This document shows positions 1-9,182 of a stretch of 64,000 nucleotides of DNA, in pieces. The DNA comes from Thermoplasmatales archaeon (GTDB lineage: Archaea > Thermoplasmatota > E2 > DHVEG-1), in the NCBI GenBank assembly GCA_020341795.1, contig CP070836.1, forward strand, positions 1,535,613 to 1,599,612. Direction: 5' to 3'. Within the stretch, counting starts at the first letter, position 1; the number at the start of each line of letters is the position of its first letter. The notes beneath the pieces were generated by a model, which was not told where the DNA came from, ran no database searches, and saw nothing but the letters and a program-made list of their open reading frames with translations. The position numbers and the translations under genes are program-made.

Positions 1-170
1 CGCCGTAAACCTCAAATTTTGTTAAATTCTCCATAATAACCCCCAGCTATAATATAGCTACAATATAGTTATATAAATTATACATATAAAGCTTTTTATA
101 ATCTTATACTTACCAAAAAATAAAATAACAAGAGAATAGCTATCGATTTTCGATTTTGGAGGATTATATA

Positions 171-914
171 ATGGAATTAAAAGGTAAGTCAGCTATAGTA
201 ACAGGTGGAAGCATAGGAATTGGTGCAACTATTGCAATTGAACTCGCCAAAGCAGGTGCAAATATAGCAATAAATTATCGAAAACATGATACTGAAGCAA
301 AAGAGGTGGCAAAAAAAATTGAGAATATAGGTAAAAAATGTCTGGTAATAAAGGCTGATGTTACAAGTTACAAAGATGCTGAGGCTATGTTTAAAAAGAC
401 TTTAAAAGAATTTGGAAGAATAGATTTTTTAATATGTAATGCGGGAATTAATAAAGATCGAGTTATTTGGAAGATGAGTGAGGCTGATTGGGATAATGTA
501 ATAAATGTAAATCTCAAGGGATATTTCATATACAACAAGCTTGCCTCAGAGCATTTTAAAGAAAGACGGTCTGGAAAAATCATTAATATAACATCTATAA
601 ATGGATTAAGGGGAAAATTCGGACAAACCAATTATTCTGCTTCAAAAGGTGGAATAATTGCACTTACAAAAGCACTTGCAAAAGAGGTTGGAAAATTCAA
701 TGTTAATGTTAACGCTGTTGCTCCTGGTATGGTTATGACCGAGATGGCAAAGAAAATACCTCCAGAGTTTCTCCAAAAGGCAGTTGATGAAACCGTTCTA
801 GGGCGTATAGCAACAACTGAAGATATTGCTAATGTTGTTGTTTTTCTTTGTAGTGAAAAATCACGACATATAACTGGTGAAGTAATCAAAGTTGATGGTG
901 GGCAATATATATAG
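171..914 (+). CDS. SDR-family oxidoreductase (FabG/3-hydroxyacyl-CoA dehydrogenase-like)
   Basis: 252-aa ORF with a TGGSIGIG glycine-rich NAD(P)-binding motif and NYSASKGG (YxxxK catalytic motif). The ATG at 171 is preceded by GGAGGA, whereas the ORF track starts at a TTG at 156. Confidence 0.8.
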   Translation: MELKGKSAIVTGGSIGIGATIAIELAKAGANIAINYRKHDTEAKEVAKKIENIGKKCLVIKADVTSYKDAEAMFKKTLKEFGRIDFLICNAGINKDRVIWKMSEADWDNVINVNLKGYFIYNKLASEHFKERRSGKIINITSINGLRGKFGQTNYSASKGGIIALTKALAKEVGKFNVNVNAVAPGMVMTEMAKKIPPEFLQKAVDETVLGRIATTEDIANVVVFLCSEKSRHITGEVIKVDGGQYI

Positions 915-917
915 GAT

Positions 918-2081
918 GTGGTTGAAATAGTTAAAGTAGGTATTGTAGGAATTGGTCATGGTCGATTTGGAAATCGTAACGATGCAACTGTTCAGGAACT
1001 TGCATTTGAACCTTTTAAACAAGCAATTCAGGATGCTAAAAATCTCCGAAGAGAAGATATTGATGCTTTAGTTGTTGGTTCAGTTCCAGAATATCATATG
1101 CAACGTTCTCTACCTGGTGTTGTTGCTGAATATGTGGGTATGAATCCAAAATCAACCTGGCTTACTGAAGCTGCTTGTGCTTCTGGTAGTGCTGCTATAC
1201 GTACTGCTTATATGGCTGTTAAATCTGGTATGCATGATATTGTCGCTGTAATTGGTGTTCAAAAAATGAGAGAACTATCAACAGATGAAATTCTTGCACT
1301 AATGGGAAGAGTTGGAGATGTTCAATGGGAATCAATTTTTGGAACAACATTTCCAGGTTATTATGCATTTTATGCAAGCAGACATATGCATGAGTTTGGA
1401 ACGACTATGGAACAAATGGCGCAAATAGCAGTAAAAAATCATCATTATGGTGCAATGAATCCAAATTCTTTTTTTCAAAAAGAAGTCACAGTAGAAAGAA
1501 TACTAAAATCTGAAGAAGTTGCTTTTCCATTAAAGGTTTTTGATTGCTGTGCAAATGCAGACGGTGCTGCATGTGTTATTATGACAAATGAAAAACTTGC
1601 AAAAAAACTAAATGATTCCCCCGTTTGGTTTGAAGGTATGGGTTCAGCATCTGCAGCAATGTCACTTTTACGTAGACCAAACCTTTATGAAATCCCCAGT
1701 GCAGTTGAAGCCGGAAAACAAGCATATAAACTGGCAAATGTTAAACCATCTGATATCCAAGTAGCAGAGGTTCATGACTGCTTTACTATTGCTGAAATTA
1801 TGGCCTACGAAAACCTTGGATTCTGTGATAAAGGTAAAGGTGGAAAGTTCATAGAAGATAAACAATCCTATATTGGTGGTAAAACACCTGTTAATGTTGA
1901 TGGAGGACTAAAAGCAAAAGGTCATCCAGTAGGAGCCACTGGAGTTTCAATGACTGTTGAAATTGTAAAGCAACTCCGAGGAATCGCAGGTAAAAGACAG
2001 GTTCCAGATGCACAAATTGGACTGACTCATAATGTCGGTGGTATTGGACAATACACTTTTGTAAACATTTTACGGAGGTGA
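918..2081 (+). CDS. Thiolase-like acetyl-CoA C-acyltransferase (archaeal/SCP-x type)
   Basis: AACASGSAA region around the nucleophilic Cys and a C-terminal GHPVGATG motif. It is followed by a DUF35 partner gene. GTG start. Confidence 0.8.
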   Translation: MVEIVKVGIVGIGHGRFGNRNDATVQELAFEPFKQAIQDAKNLRREDIDALVVGSVPEYHMQRSLPGVVAEYVGMNPKSTWLTEAACASGSAAIRTAYMAVKSGMHDIVAVIGVQKMRELSTDEILALMGRVGDVQWESIFGTTFPGYYAFYASRHMHEFGTTMEQMAQIAVKNHHYGAMNPNSFFQKEVTVERILKSEEVAFPLKVFDCCANADGAACVIMTNEKLAKKLNDSPVWFEGMGSASAAMSLLRRPNLYEIPSAVEAGKQAYKLANVKPSDIQVAEVHDCFTIAEIMAYENLGFCDKGKGGKFIEDKQSYIGGKTPVNVDGGLKAKGHPVGATGVSMTVEIVKQLRGIAGKRQVPDAQIGLTHNVGGIGQYTFVNILRR

Positions 2082-2172
2082 AAAAATTCCATTTAAATAT
2101 TTTGGAAAAATCAATTTTACACCATATACTAAAGTCGATAAGTTTGCTGACTATCTTCACAAAGGAAAACTT

Positions 2173-2505
2173 ATGGGAACAAAATGTGAAAAATGTGGTG
2201 AAATATATTTTCCTCCACGAGCAGATTGTTTAAAATGTCTAAATGATAAGATAGAATGGATGGAATATTCAGGTAAAGGAATACTTCAAAGCTTTACTAC
2301 AATACATGCTGCTCCTAAAGGATTTGAAGATATTGCACCTTATACTTTGGGCATTGTTGATCTTAAAGAAGGTGGACGATTGATTGCATGGACAAAAGAT
2401 ATATCTGAGGAAGAATTAAGAATTGGAATGTCTGTAAAGATTGTACCACGTATTTTTGAGGAAATACCTGAAATTAAGCTATATTACACTATTGAAAAAC
2501 CTTAG
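2173..2505 (+). CDS. DUF35 OB-fold/zinc-ribbon protein (thiolase-associated)
   Basis: CEKCG...CLKC rubredoxin-like ribbon followed by an OB-fold-like C-terminus. It lies immediately downstream of a thiolase, the arrangement typical of archaeal thiolase/DUF35 pairs. Confidence 0.75.
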   Translation: MGTKCEKCGEIYFPPRADCLKCLNDKIEWMEYSGKGILQSFTTIHAAPKGFEDIAPYTLGIVDLKEGGRLIAWTKDISEEELRIGMSVKIVPRIFEEIPEIKLYYTIEKP

Positions 2506-3644
2506 GATTCAACTTTTTTTAATGGTTTTGGAAGTACTGCTTCAATTAATGCATCATCAAAAGGATGTCCTTCAGCAATGAGTTGCCTGTATTTTACAAA
2601 ATCAATAACATCTTTTCCTGTTATTTTTTTGTTATTAAACGCATGAAATCCTAAGTAGGCTTCAGTTTGCATATTAGCAGAGAGCCAATGTCGATTTGCA
2701 AGTTTTGCCTGATCCCAGAAAAACTTCTTTTTCATTCTTATTCCATCTATTGATTTAATTAAACAACCTGGCATAAGATTTGTAAAAGTCCAAAGAATTT
2801 TGTCTACTTCTTTATCTAGTAATGTAAAATCAGTTAGTGTTGATTTAATGACTTTTCTTGCTTTTTTAAATTCTTCCCCTTTAAGAAAATCTCCATATAC
2901 AATTTCTCCATCCTCTATATATTTATCTGTTATAACTGTTGGATTTCTTATAAATTTATTACCCTTTTTTAGCACTGGTACTACTTTACTAATTAGACCT
3001 AATCGTTTTGTTTTATATGAAGACCATAATTCACATGATATACAATTCCACATTGCATCTTCTATTCCTAGTAACCATGGTAGGAAATCAGTTGATCCTC
3101 CATCAGGTGCAGAGCCATGTCTTGGTCCTGCTTGACCAAATATTGCCAAATCAGATGATACTGCAATATCACAAGCCATACCTATTTCTTGACCGCCTGC
3201 AACTCTCATCCCGTTTACACGACATATAGTAGGTTTTTTACAGTTCAAAATTGAATCAACCATAGCATTGAATAAGTCCATATATTGACCATATTCATTA
3301 GGTTTCCCACTGTAGTATTCTGCATATTCTTTGGTATTTCCACCAGTGCAGAATGCTTTATCACCAACTGCAGTAAAAATTGCTGCTACAACACTTCGAT
3401 CCATTGATGCTTTGTGAAAACCAGCAATTACTCCTTTAACCATTTCTGTAGTATATGAGTTATATTGTGCAGGATTGTTTAAAATAATCCAAGCAGAATT
3501 TAATCCATTTATTTTTTTTCCCTCATTATCAACTATTGGTTTTAATTTAAAAATGACACCTGGTGCATCTTCACTAAAATATTCATTTCCCCATAAATTA
3601 TGATCTTTTAATTCATTATCATTTGGTAACCAATCTAAACTCAT
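2502..3644 (-). CDS. Crotonase-fold enzyme, 380 aa (possible 6-oxocyclohex-1-ene-1-carbonyl-CoA hydrolase Oah/BamA-like or hydroxyacyl-CoA hydrolase)
   Basis: Crotonase signature region AAIFTAVGDKAFCTGGNTKEY and MRVAGGQEIGMACDIA. Its length (380 aa) is well above standard ECH (about 260 aa), as seen for Oah and HIBCH-type hydrolases. Confidence 0.55.
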   Translation of the reverse strand: MSLDWLPNDNELKDHNLWGNEYFSEDAPGVIFKLKPIVDNEGKKINGLNSAWIILNNPAQYNSYTTEMVKGVIAGFHKASMDRSVVAAIFTAVGDKAFCTGGNTKEYAEYYSGKPNEYGQYMDLFNAMVDSILNCKKPTICRVNGMRVAGGQEIGMACDIAVSSDLAIFGQAGPRHGSAPDGGSTDFLPWLLGIEDAMWNCISCELWSSYKTKRLGLISKVVPVLKKGNKFIRNPTVITDKYIEDGEIVYGDFLKGEEFKKARKVIKSTLTDFTLLDKEVDKILWTFTNLMPGCLIKSIDGIRMKKKFFWDQAKLANRHWLSANMQTEAYLGFHAFNNKKITGKDVIDFVKYRQLIAEGHPFDDALIEAVLPKPLKKVES

Positions 3645-3785
3645 ATCTATCCTCCCTCAATTTAGAAATAATGTGGTAGAGCTGAATGATATTTTATTAT
3701 TTATATCTTTTTTAATCTAGAAAAAAAACTCAAATAAATAATGTTAAATACCATATTATAATATCACAGACACCGGGGGAAAGAT

Positions 3786-4958
3786 ATGAAAGCTGCAGTT
3801 TTATATGGAAAGGAAGAATTGAATATTGTAACTGATTTTGAAAATCCTATAATGAATGAATCAGATGTTTTAATTCAATCAAAATATACAGGTTTATGTA
3901 GTACTGATCGTACTCTTTATCGGGGTTATGTTCCATTTAAACCACCATTAATAATTGGTCACGAAATTGCAGGAGTAATTAAGGAATTAGGTAAATCTGC
4001 TTCAGGTTTGGAAGTTGGTGATCATGTAATCATACCACCAGTTTATCCTGGTTGTCAAAATGAAAACTGTCTAGCATGCAGAGAAGGATTAACAAATAGA
4101 TGTAAAAATTCTGTATTTATAGGACATGGTGTTAACGGTGGAAATGCTGAATTAATCTCAGTTCCATCAAGATACACATTCAAAATAAATGATAAAGTAC
4201 CATTAGATGAAGCATGTATTATCCCTGATGCTATTTCAACACCATTTCATGCTTTAAAAAGTAGATCAGTACCTTTGCATATTATTCAAAACAGTTCAAA
4301 TTCAAATAAATTGTTTGATTATAAGAGTCATTGGTTAAATGGAAAAAATGTTGTTGTTTTTGGTGTAGGTGGGGTTGGTGGACCTACTGTTAATCTTGCT
4401 GCAAAATATTTCAAAGCAAAAAATGTAGTTGCAGTTGATGTTTTAGATAATAAATTAAAGTTTGCAAAAGATCTAGGAGCTACATATACAGTTAATTCAA
4501 ATACTTATTTTGAGGAAAACAATATTCCAATTAAAGAAATAAGTGGGCGTGATAAAGCAAAAGCAATATCAGGTCTTGCTCGACATATATCCTCAAATTT
4601 AGCCGAAGATAAATTTCAGGTTGACTGTGTACTTGATTGCTCTGGAGTACCAGATACTTTTCCTGTAGCAATTGAAACAGTTAGTAAAAATCGAGTAGTA
4701 ATTCAAGTAGGGTGGCCCCCGAAACCTGTTCGTGAGTTTCTTAATCAGAAAATCATGGATAAATATCTTACAATAAATGGTACATGGGCATGTCCTATGA
4801 ACGAAATGGCAGAAAATGTAAAAGCTGTGGAGGATGGAATTATAGATCTTGATTTACTCGTTACAAACAAAGATTATACATTGGATAGATTAGAAAATGC
4901 AATATTTGATCTTGAAGCAGGGAAAATCCTTGGTCGAGCAACTATTAATATCAAATGA
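3786..4958 (+). CDS. Zinc-dependent medium-chain alcohol/hydroxyacyl dehydrogenase (MDR family)
   Basis: GHEIAGVI zinc-ligand motif, CxxC structural-zinc region (CQNENCLAC), GVGGVGG Rossmann motif, and a GGGGGA RBS upstream. Confidence 0.75.
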   Translation: MKAAVLYGKEELNIVTDFENPIMNESDVLIQSKYTGLCSTDRTLYRGYVPFKPPLIIGHEIAGVIKELGKSASGLEVGDHVIIPPVYPGCQNENCLACREGLTNRCKNSVFIGHGVNGGNAELISVPSRYTFKINDKVPLDEACIIPDAISTPFHALKSRSVPLHIIQNSSNSNKLFDYKSHWLNGKNVVVFGVGGVGGPTVNLAAKYFKAKNVVAVDVLDNKLKFAKDLGATYTVNSNTYFEENNIPIKEISGRDKAKAISGLARHISSNLAEDKFQVDCVLDCSGVPDTFPVAIETVSKNRVVIQVGWPPKPVREFLNQKIMDKYLTINGTWACPMNEMAENVKAVEDGIIDLDLLVTNKDYTLDRLENAIFDLEAGKILGRATINIK

Positions 4959-4968
4959 GGTGAAAAAT

Positions 4969-5736
4969 ATGAAATATAACACAATAATAGTTGAAGAAAA
5001 AGATATGATAGGAAAAATAACATTCAATAGACCACCTCTTAATGTATTAAATATTGAAATGATGAAGGAGATAAACCAAGCACTTAAAGAATTTCAAAGT
5101 AAATCATTGAAGTTGTTAATTATTACTGCAGAGGGTAAGGCATTCTCAGCTGGTGTTGATATATCTGATCATACAAAAGAAAAAGTAAACGAGATGATAC
5201 AGGTTTTTCATGAGATTTTTACTAATTTACTTAAAATTAAAGCTCCTACAATTGCACTTGTGAATGGTGCAGCATTGGGAGGAGGTTGTGAAGTTGTGAT
5301 GTTTTGTGATATTGTTATTGCTTCTGAGAAATCTAAATTTGGACAACCTGAAATAAAAGTGGGAGTGCTTCCTCCAGTAGCAGCAGCTGTTTTCCCAAGG
5401 CTAATTTGGAGTAAAAAAGCACTTGAGCTTATTGTTACTGGTGATATCATAAAAGCTGATGAGGCAAAAAATCTAGGACTTGTTAATCATGTTTTCCCTG
5501 TAGAAAGTTTCAAAGAAGAATCAGAAAAGTTTATAACTGAGAAGCTTGCAAGTAATAGCGCGGTTGTCATGCAGCTTACAAAAAGAGCTTTTATTGAAGG
5601 CGCTACTCAAAATTATTCAAATTCGATTAAGAAAATTGAGGATATTTACCTAAATGAATTGATGAAAACCAATGATGCAAATGAGGGACTAGCTGCATTT
5701 ATGGAGAAAAGACAACCTATTTGGAAAAATAAATAA
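4969..5736 (+). CDS. Enoyl-CoA hydratase/isomerase (crotonase)
   Basis: ITAEGKAFSAGVDI and ALVNGAALGGGCE crotonase motifs. The start was moved to an ATG preceded by GGTGA, because the track ORF overlaps the upstream gene. Confidence 0.8.
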   Translation: MKYNTIIVEEKDMIGKITFNRPPLNVLNIEMMKEINQALKEFQSKSLKLLIITAEGKAFSAGVDISDHTKEKVNEMIQVFHEIFTNLLKIKAPTIALVNGAALGGGCEVVMFCDIVIASEKSKFGQPEIKVGVLPPVAAAVFPRLIWSKKALELIVTGDIIKADEAKNLGLVNHVFPVESFKEESEKFITEKLASNSAVVMQLTKRAFIEGATQNYSNSIKKIEDIYLNELMKTNDANEGLAAFMEKRQPIWKNK

Positions 5737-5741
5737 ATCAA

Positions 5742-7781
5742 TTATTTTCCTTTAAACACTGGTCTTTTTCTCATGATTACTGAATTTAAACCTTCAAGAG
5801 CATCCTCTGTTGAAAATATTTCTTCAAGATGACTGAGTTCTATTTCTAAACCTTCACTAAGATTAACTTGACTTCCTTCATCTATTATTTTATTAGAAAT
5901 TTCAATTGCAAGAGGTGCTTTATATGATATTGTTTTTGAAATCTTTTGTCCAAGTTCATTAAGATCACCTCTTCCTGACAAAATGTTTTGTACATTATTA
6001 TCTGAGAAATAATTTTTGATTTTTTGGAAATTATCTGGAAGTATTATTTCTCCTTTCATTGATTTCTTAATAATTTTTCCACTATTAATCAGCTCAAAAA
6101 TTTTATCATCTATCTCATCAGGGGGAACAACATATTCGATTAGTCCAATTGACTTAGCGGTTTTTGCATCAAGGATCTCTCCAGTAAATATAAGGTATTT
6201 TGCTAGTTCTTTTCCAATATAATGTGTTATTCTCTGAGTACCACCAAGACCTGGATATATACCAATCCCTGTTTCAGGGAATCCTATACAACCTTTATCT
6301 GTCGCTATAATTGTATCAGCTGATAATGCTATTTCAGCACCTCCTCCTAGTGCCAAACCATCTAGTTTAGTAATTATAATTTTTTCAGAATTATCAATTT
6401 TATTAAGTACGTTATGTCCATTTCTTGTGAATCTGCATATATCTTGGATTTTATTTTCTTTAATTTTTTTAATAAAGTATTGAATATCAGCTCCTGCGAT
6501 GAAGGCTTTTCCAGCACCTTCAAAAACTATTCCTTTTACTTTTGGATCATTGTTTGCTTTTGTAAATTGTTTATCAATTTGTTGAATCACTTTTTCGTTT
6601 ATTGCATTCATTGCCTCAGGTCTATTTATTATTATTTTCGCAATGTCGTCTTTTATGATTAAATCAACAAAGTTAAAACTCCAATTAACTTTTTTTTCAT
6701 ATTGTTGTTTTAAAACTGATGGTATATTTATTTTTGGATATTTTCTTAGAAATTTTTCTACAATTTCATATGAACGTTCTATTCCATATTTATTCATCAT
6801 TTCAAATGGTCCTATACTCCACCTAAGCCCTACTTTTGCTCCTCTGTCGATATCCTCGATACTTGTTATATTTTCTTGTAAAAGTGCATTAGATACCATG
6901 AACACTGTGCCAAGTAAACGTTCTTCTACGACTACTAAATTAGATTCGTCAATTTCGCCGTTTAAATTCCATAATTCACCTTTGTCAATCTGATTTTTTA
7001 GACAATTGCTTGGCAAATAAAATTCACCTAATTTATCTCCTAGACCTAGACAAGAATGATATGCAATAGTAGGTCCAGTTACATTCATTAATTCAAAAGG
7101 TCCCATTGGAACTTTAAAAATTTTTTTTGCTATATCGTCAATGGTGGGGATATTAGCCAGATCTTCCTCAAAAATTCGAGTAGCTTCATTAAGCCAAGGT
7201 ACAAAAAATCGGTTTACTGCAAAACCTGGTGAATCTTTAACATGTATAGCAGTTTTACCTATCATATGAGAAAATATATTAGAAATATCTAGAGTTACTT
7301 GATTAGTATACCTCCCAGGGATGATTTCCAATAGACGATTCATAGCAGGATGATAAAAGAAATGAAGACCTATGAATTGGTTTTTACGTTTTACTGATGA
7401 CGCTAAATCTGTAATTGAAAACGAAGATGTATTTGATGCAAGAATTGTTTTTTCATTACATATTTCGTCTAAATTTTTAAATAAATCTCTTTTTATTTTG
7501 ATATCTTCAAATACTGCTTCAATGACAATATCAGTATCTTTAACCTCAACTATACTAGTTGATCCTTTTATATGATTTAGTATTTGTTTAATTTGTTCTC
7601 CCGAAAATATCTTTCGTTCTACAGCTTTTAATAATGTTCTTTTGATATTGTCAAGACCTTTTTGAATAAACTTATTATTAATATCTACTAATATTACATC
7701 GAATCCTTCTTGTGCAATCTTTTGTGCAATCCCGCTCCCCATATTACCTGCGCCTATGATTCCTATTTTTTTTATCTTCAT
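5742..7781 (-). CDS. Bifunctional 3-hydroxyacyl-CoA dehydrogenase / enoyl-CoA hydratase (archaeal HADH-N, ECH-C arrangement)
   Basis: N-terminal IGIIGAGNMGSGIA NAD-binding motif, and a C-terminal crotonase domain (FIAGADI, GLALGGGAEIAL). Confidence 0.85.
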   Translation of the reverse strand: MKIKKIGIIGAGNMGSGIAQKIAQEGFDVILVDINNKFIQKGLDNIKRTLLKAVERKIFSGEQIKQILNHIKGSTSIVEVKDTDIVIEAVFEDIKIKRDLFKNLDEICNEKTILASNTSSFSITDLASSVKRKNQFIGLHFFYHPAMNRLLEIIPGRYTNQVTLDISNIFSHMIGKTAIHVKDSPGFAVNRFFVPWLNEATRIFEEDLANIPTIDDIAKKIFKVPMGPFELMNVTGPTIAYHSCLGLGDKLGEFYLPSNCLKNQIDKGELWNLNGEIDESNLVVVEERLLGTVFMVSNALLQENITSIEDIDRGAKVGLRWSIGPFEMMNKYGIERSYEIVEKFLRKYPKINIPSVLKQQYEKKVNWSFNFVDLIIKDDIAKIIINRPEAMNAINEKVIQQIDKQFTKANNDPKVKGIVFEGAGKAFIAGADIQYFIKKIKENKIQDICRFTRNGHNVLNKIDNSEKIIITKLDGLALGGGAEIALSADTIIATDKGCIGFPETGIGIYPGLGGTQRITHYIGKELAKYLIFTGEILDAKTAKSIGLIEYVVPPDEIDDKIFELINSGKIIKKSMKGEIILPDNFQKIKNYFSDNNVQNILSGRGDLNELGQKISKTISYKAPLAIEISNKIIDEGSQVNLSEGLEIELSHLEEIFSTEDALEGLNSVIMRKRPVFKGK

Positions 7782-7817
7782 ATTTTTACTCCTTTTTAAA
7801 AAATATTTTAACTTAAA

Positions 7818-9062
7818 TTAGTCAACTTTAACATTTAGAACAATAGCAGCTCCTGTGTCACCTGCAGCACAACCATCAAATAGTCCATATCCTCCGCCTT
7901 TAATAACTAATTCTTCAATTAATTCCATTATTAACCTTGCTCCAGTAGGTCCCTGTGGATGACCATAGATAAGGGATGAACCATAGTTATTCATATCTTC
8001 CCATTTTATGTCCATTTCCCTACAGAAAAAGATGTCATTTACTGCGAAAGGATTATGTGATTTAATAGCAATTACATCTTTTATAGAAATATCTGCTTGT
8101 TTAAGAGCCTTTTTTGCAGCTGGGATTATTGCTTTTGCCATATAACCTTTTTTTGCTCTTCCTTCACCATAAGATAAAATTTGAATTTCGATGTTTTTCT
8201 TTTTTGCATATTTTTTTGCAGTTGCTTGATTAGTAACAATAATTCCACAGTTCCCATCTGCGGGATGTGTTTGGGTACCATAACTAACTGTACCATTTGG
8301 TAATACTGGTTTAAGTTTTTGAAGACCTTCTAATGTTGTAGGGTAAATACCTTCGTCACCTTCAACAGTTGCAATCACTTTTCGACCAGTTCGATTCTTA
8401 ACTTCTATAGGGTTTATCATATATTTTTTCTGAAAAGCACAATTATTTTTTAAAGAATCTTGATATTGTTTATATCTTAGCACTGTTATCCTATCTTGCT
8501 CATCTTTAGTAATTCCTTCTTCTTTAGCAACATTTTCTGCAGTTTCAATCATTGCATTTTTTGCATATGGGTCATTACCAAAATTATCCCAAACCCAGCT
8601 TTCTCTATCCTGAGTACCACCAGGAGCTTCTGGATTAGGGTATATAAGAATTGGACCATTGGAGCATCTATCTGCATATAATGCTAGTACATTTCTGTGA
8701 ACACCTGCATCTATACTTAATGCTGCAAATTCTATACATTTTGCACCTGTTGCACATGCTTGACCTATCATTGGACCAGTTACATGGTCAGCTCCTATCA
8801 TACCTGCAAGCCAAGGTGTACCATAAAATGAAGATATTTGAGGAATTGTTATACCTAAAACCAATTCATCAAAATCTTTTGGCGATATTTTACTTTCATC
8901 AAGAAACCTTTTTCCAATTTCTGCTACAAATTTTATTGAATGAAGATTTTGAAAACTACCTTGCCAACTACAAAATGGAGTACTCCAGTATCCTCCATAT
9001 GGAATATAAACATCTTTAAAAGCCATTAATACACCTACCTTACTTTCTATTAATTCCTCCAT
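7818..9062 (-). CDS. Acetyl-CoA acetyltransferase (thiolase)
   Basis: Thiolase fold with QACATGAKC near the N-terminus and a C-terminal GCAAGDTGAA. An alternative start at MAFKDVYI (about 9026) has a better RBS (AAGGTAGG). Confidence 0.8.
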   Translation of the reverse strand: MEELIESKVGVLMAFKDVYIPYGGYWSTPFCSWQGSFQNLHSIKFVAEIGKRFLDESKISPKDFDELVLGITIPQISSFYGTPWLAGMIGADHVTGPMIGQACATGAKCIEFAALSIDAGVHRNVLALYADRCSNGPILIYPNPEAPGGTQDRESWVWDNFGNDPYAKNAMIETAENVAKEEGITKDEQDRITVLRYKQYQDSLKNNCAFQKKYMINPIEVKNRTGRKVIATVEGDEGIYPTTLEGLQKLKPVLPNGTVSYGTQTHPADGNCGIIVTNQATAKKYAKKKNIEIQILSYGEGRAKKGYMAKAIIPAAKKALKQADISIKDVIAIKSHNPFAVNDIFFCREMDIKWEDMNNYGSSLIYGHPQGPTGARLIMELIEELVIKGGGYGLFDGCAAGDTGAAIVLNVKVD

Positions 9063-9146
9063 TCTCCCGTATAAAATTTATCATATAAATCCCTATCTTT
9101 TCATTTTTTCGACAAGGTTATTATACAGAATTAATTATTCCTACTA

Positions 9147-9164
9147 CCCCTTAAAGGGGTTTTT
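9147..9164. promoter_or_regulatory. CCCCTTAAAGGGG palindrome + T5 in divergent promoter between thiolase (-) and acyl-CoA dehydrogenase (+)
   Basis: A 13-nt inverted repeat followed by TTTTT, 20 nt upstream of the GGTGGAGGTGA RBS of 9183..10385. It is the only GC-rich element in this 120-nt intergenic region. Confidence 0.35.
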
Positions 9165-9182
9165 CGGTGGAGGTGAAAATAG

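Noticed and set aside
368-889. Antisense ORFs 368..631(-) and 632..889(-) inside the SDR gene
   Set aside because: They lie entirely within a well-supported plus-strand CDS, have low-complexity S/L/I-rich translations, and have no RBS. They are shadow ORFs.
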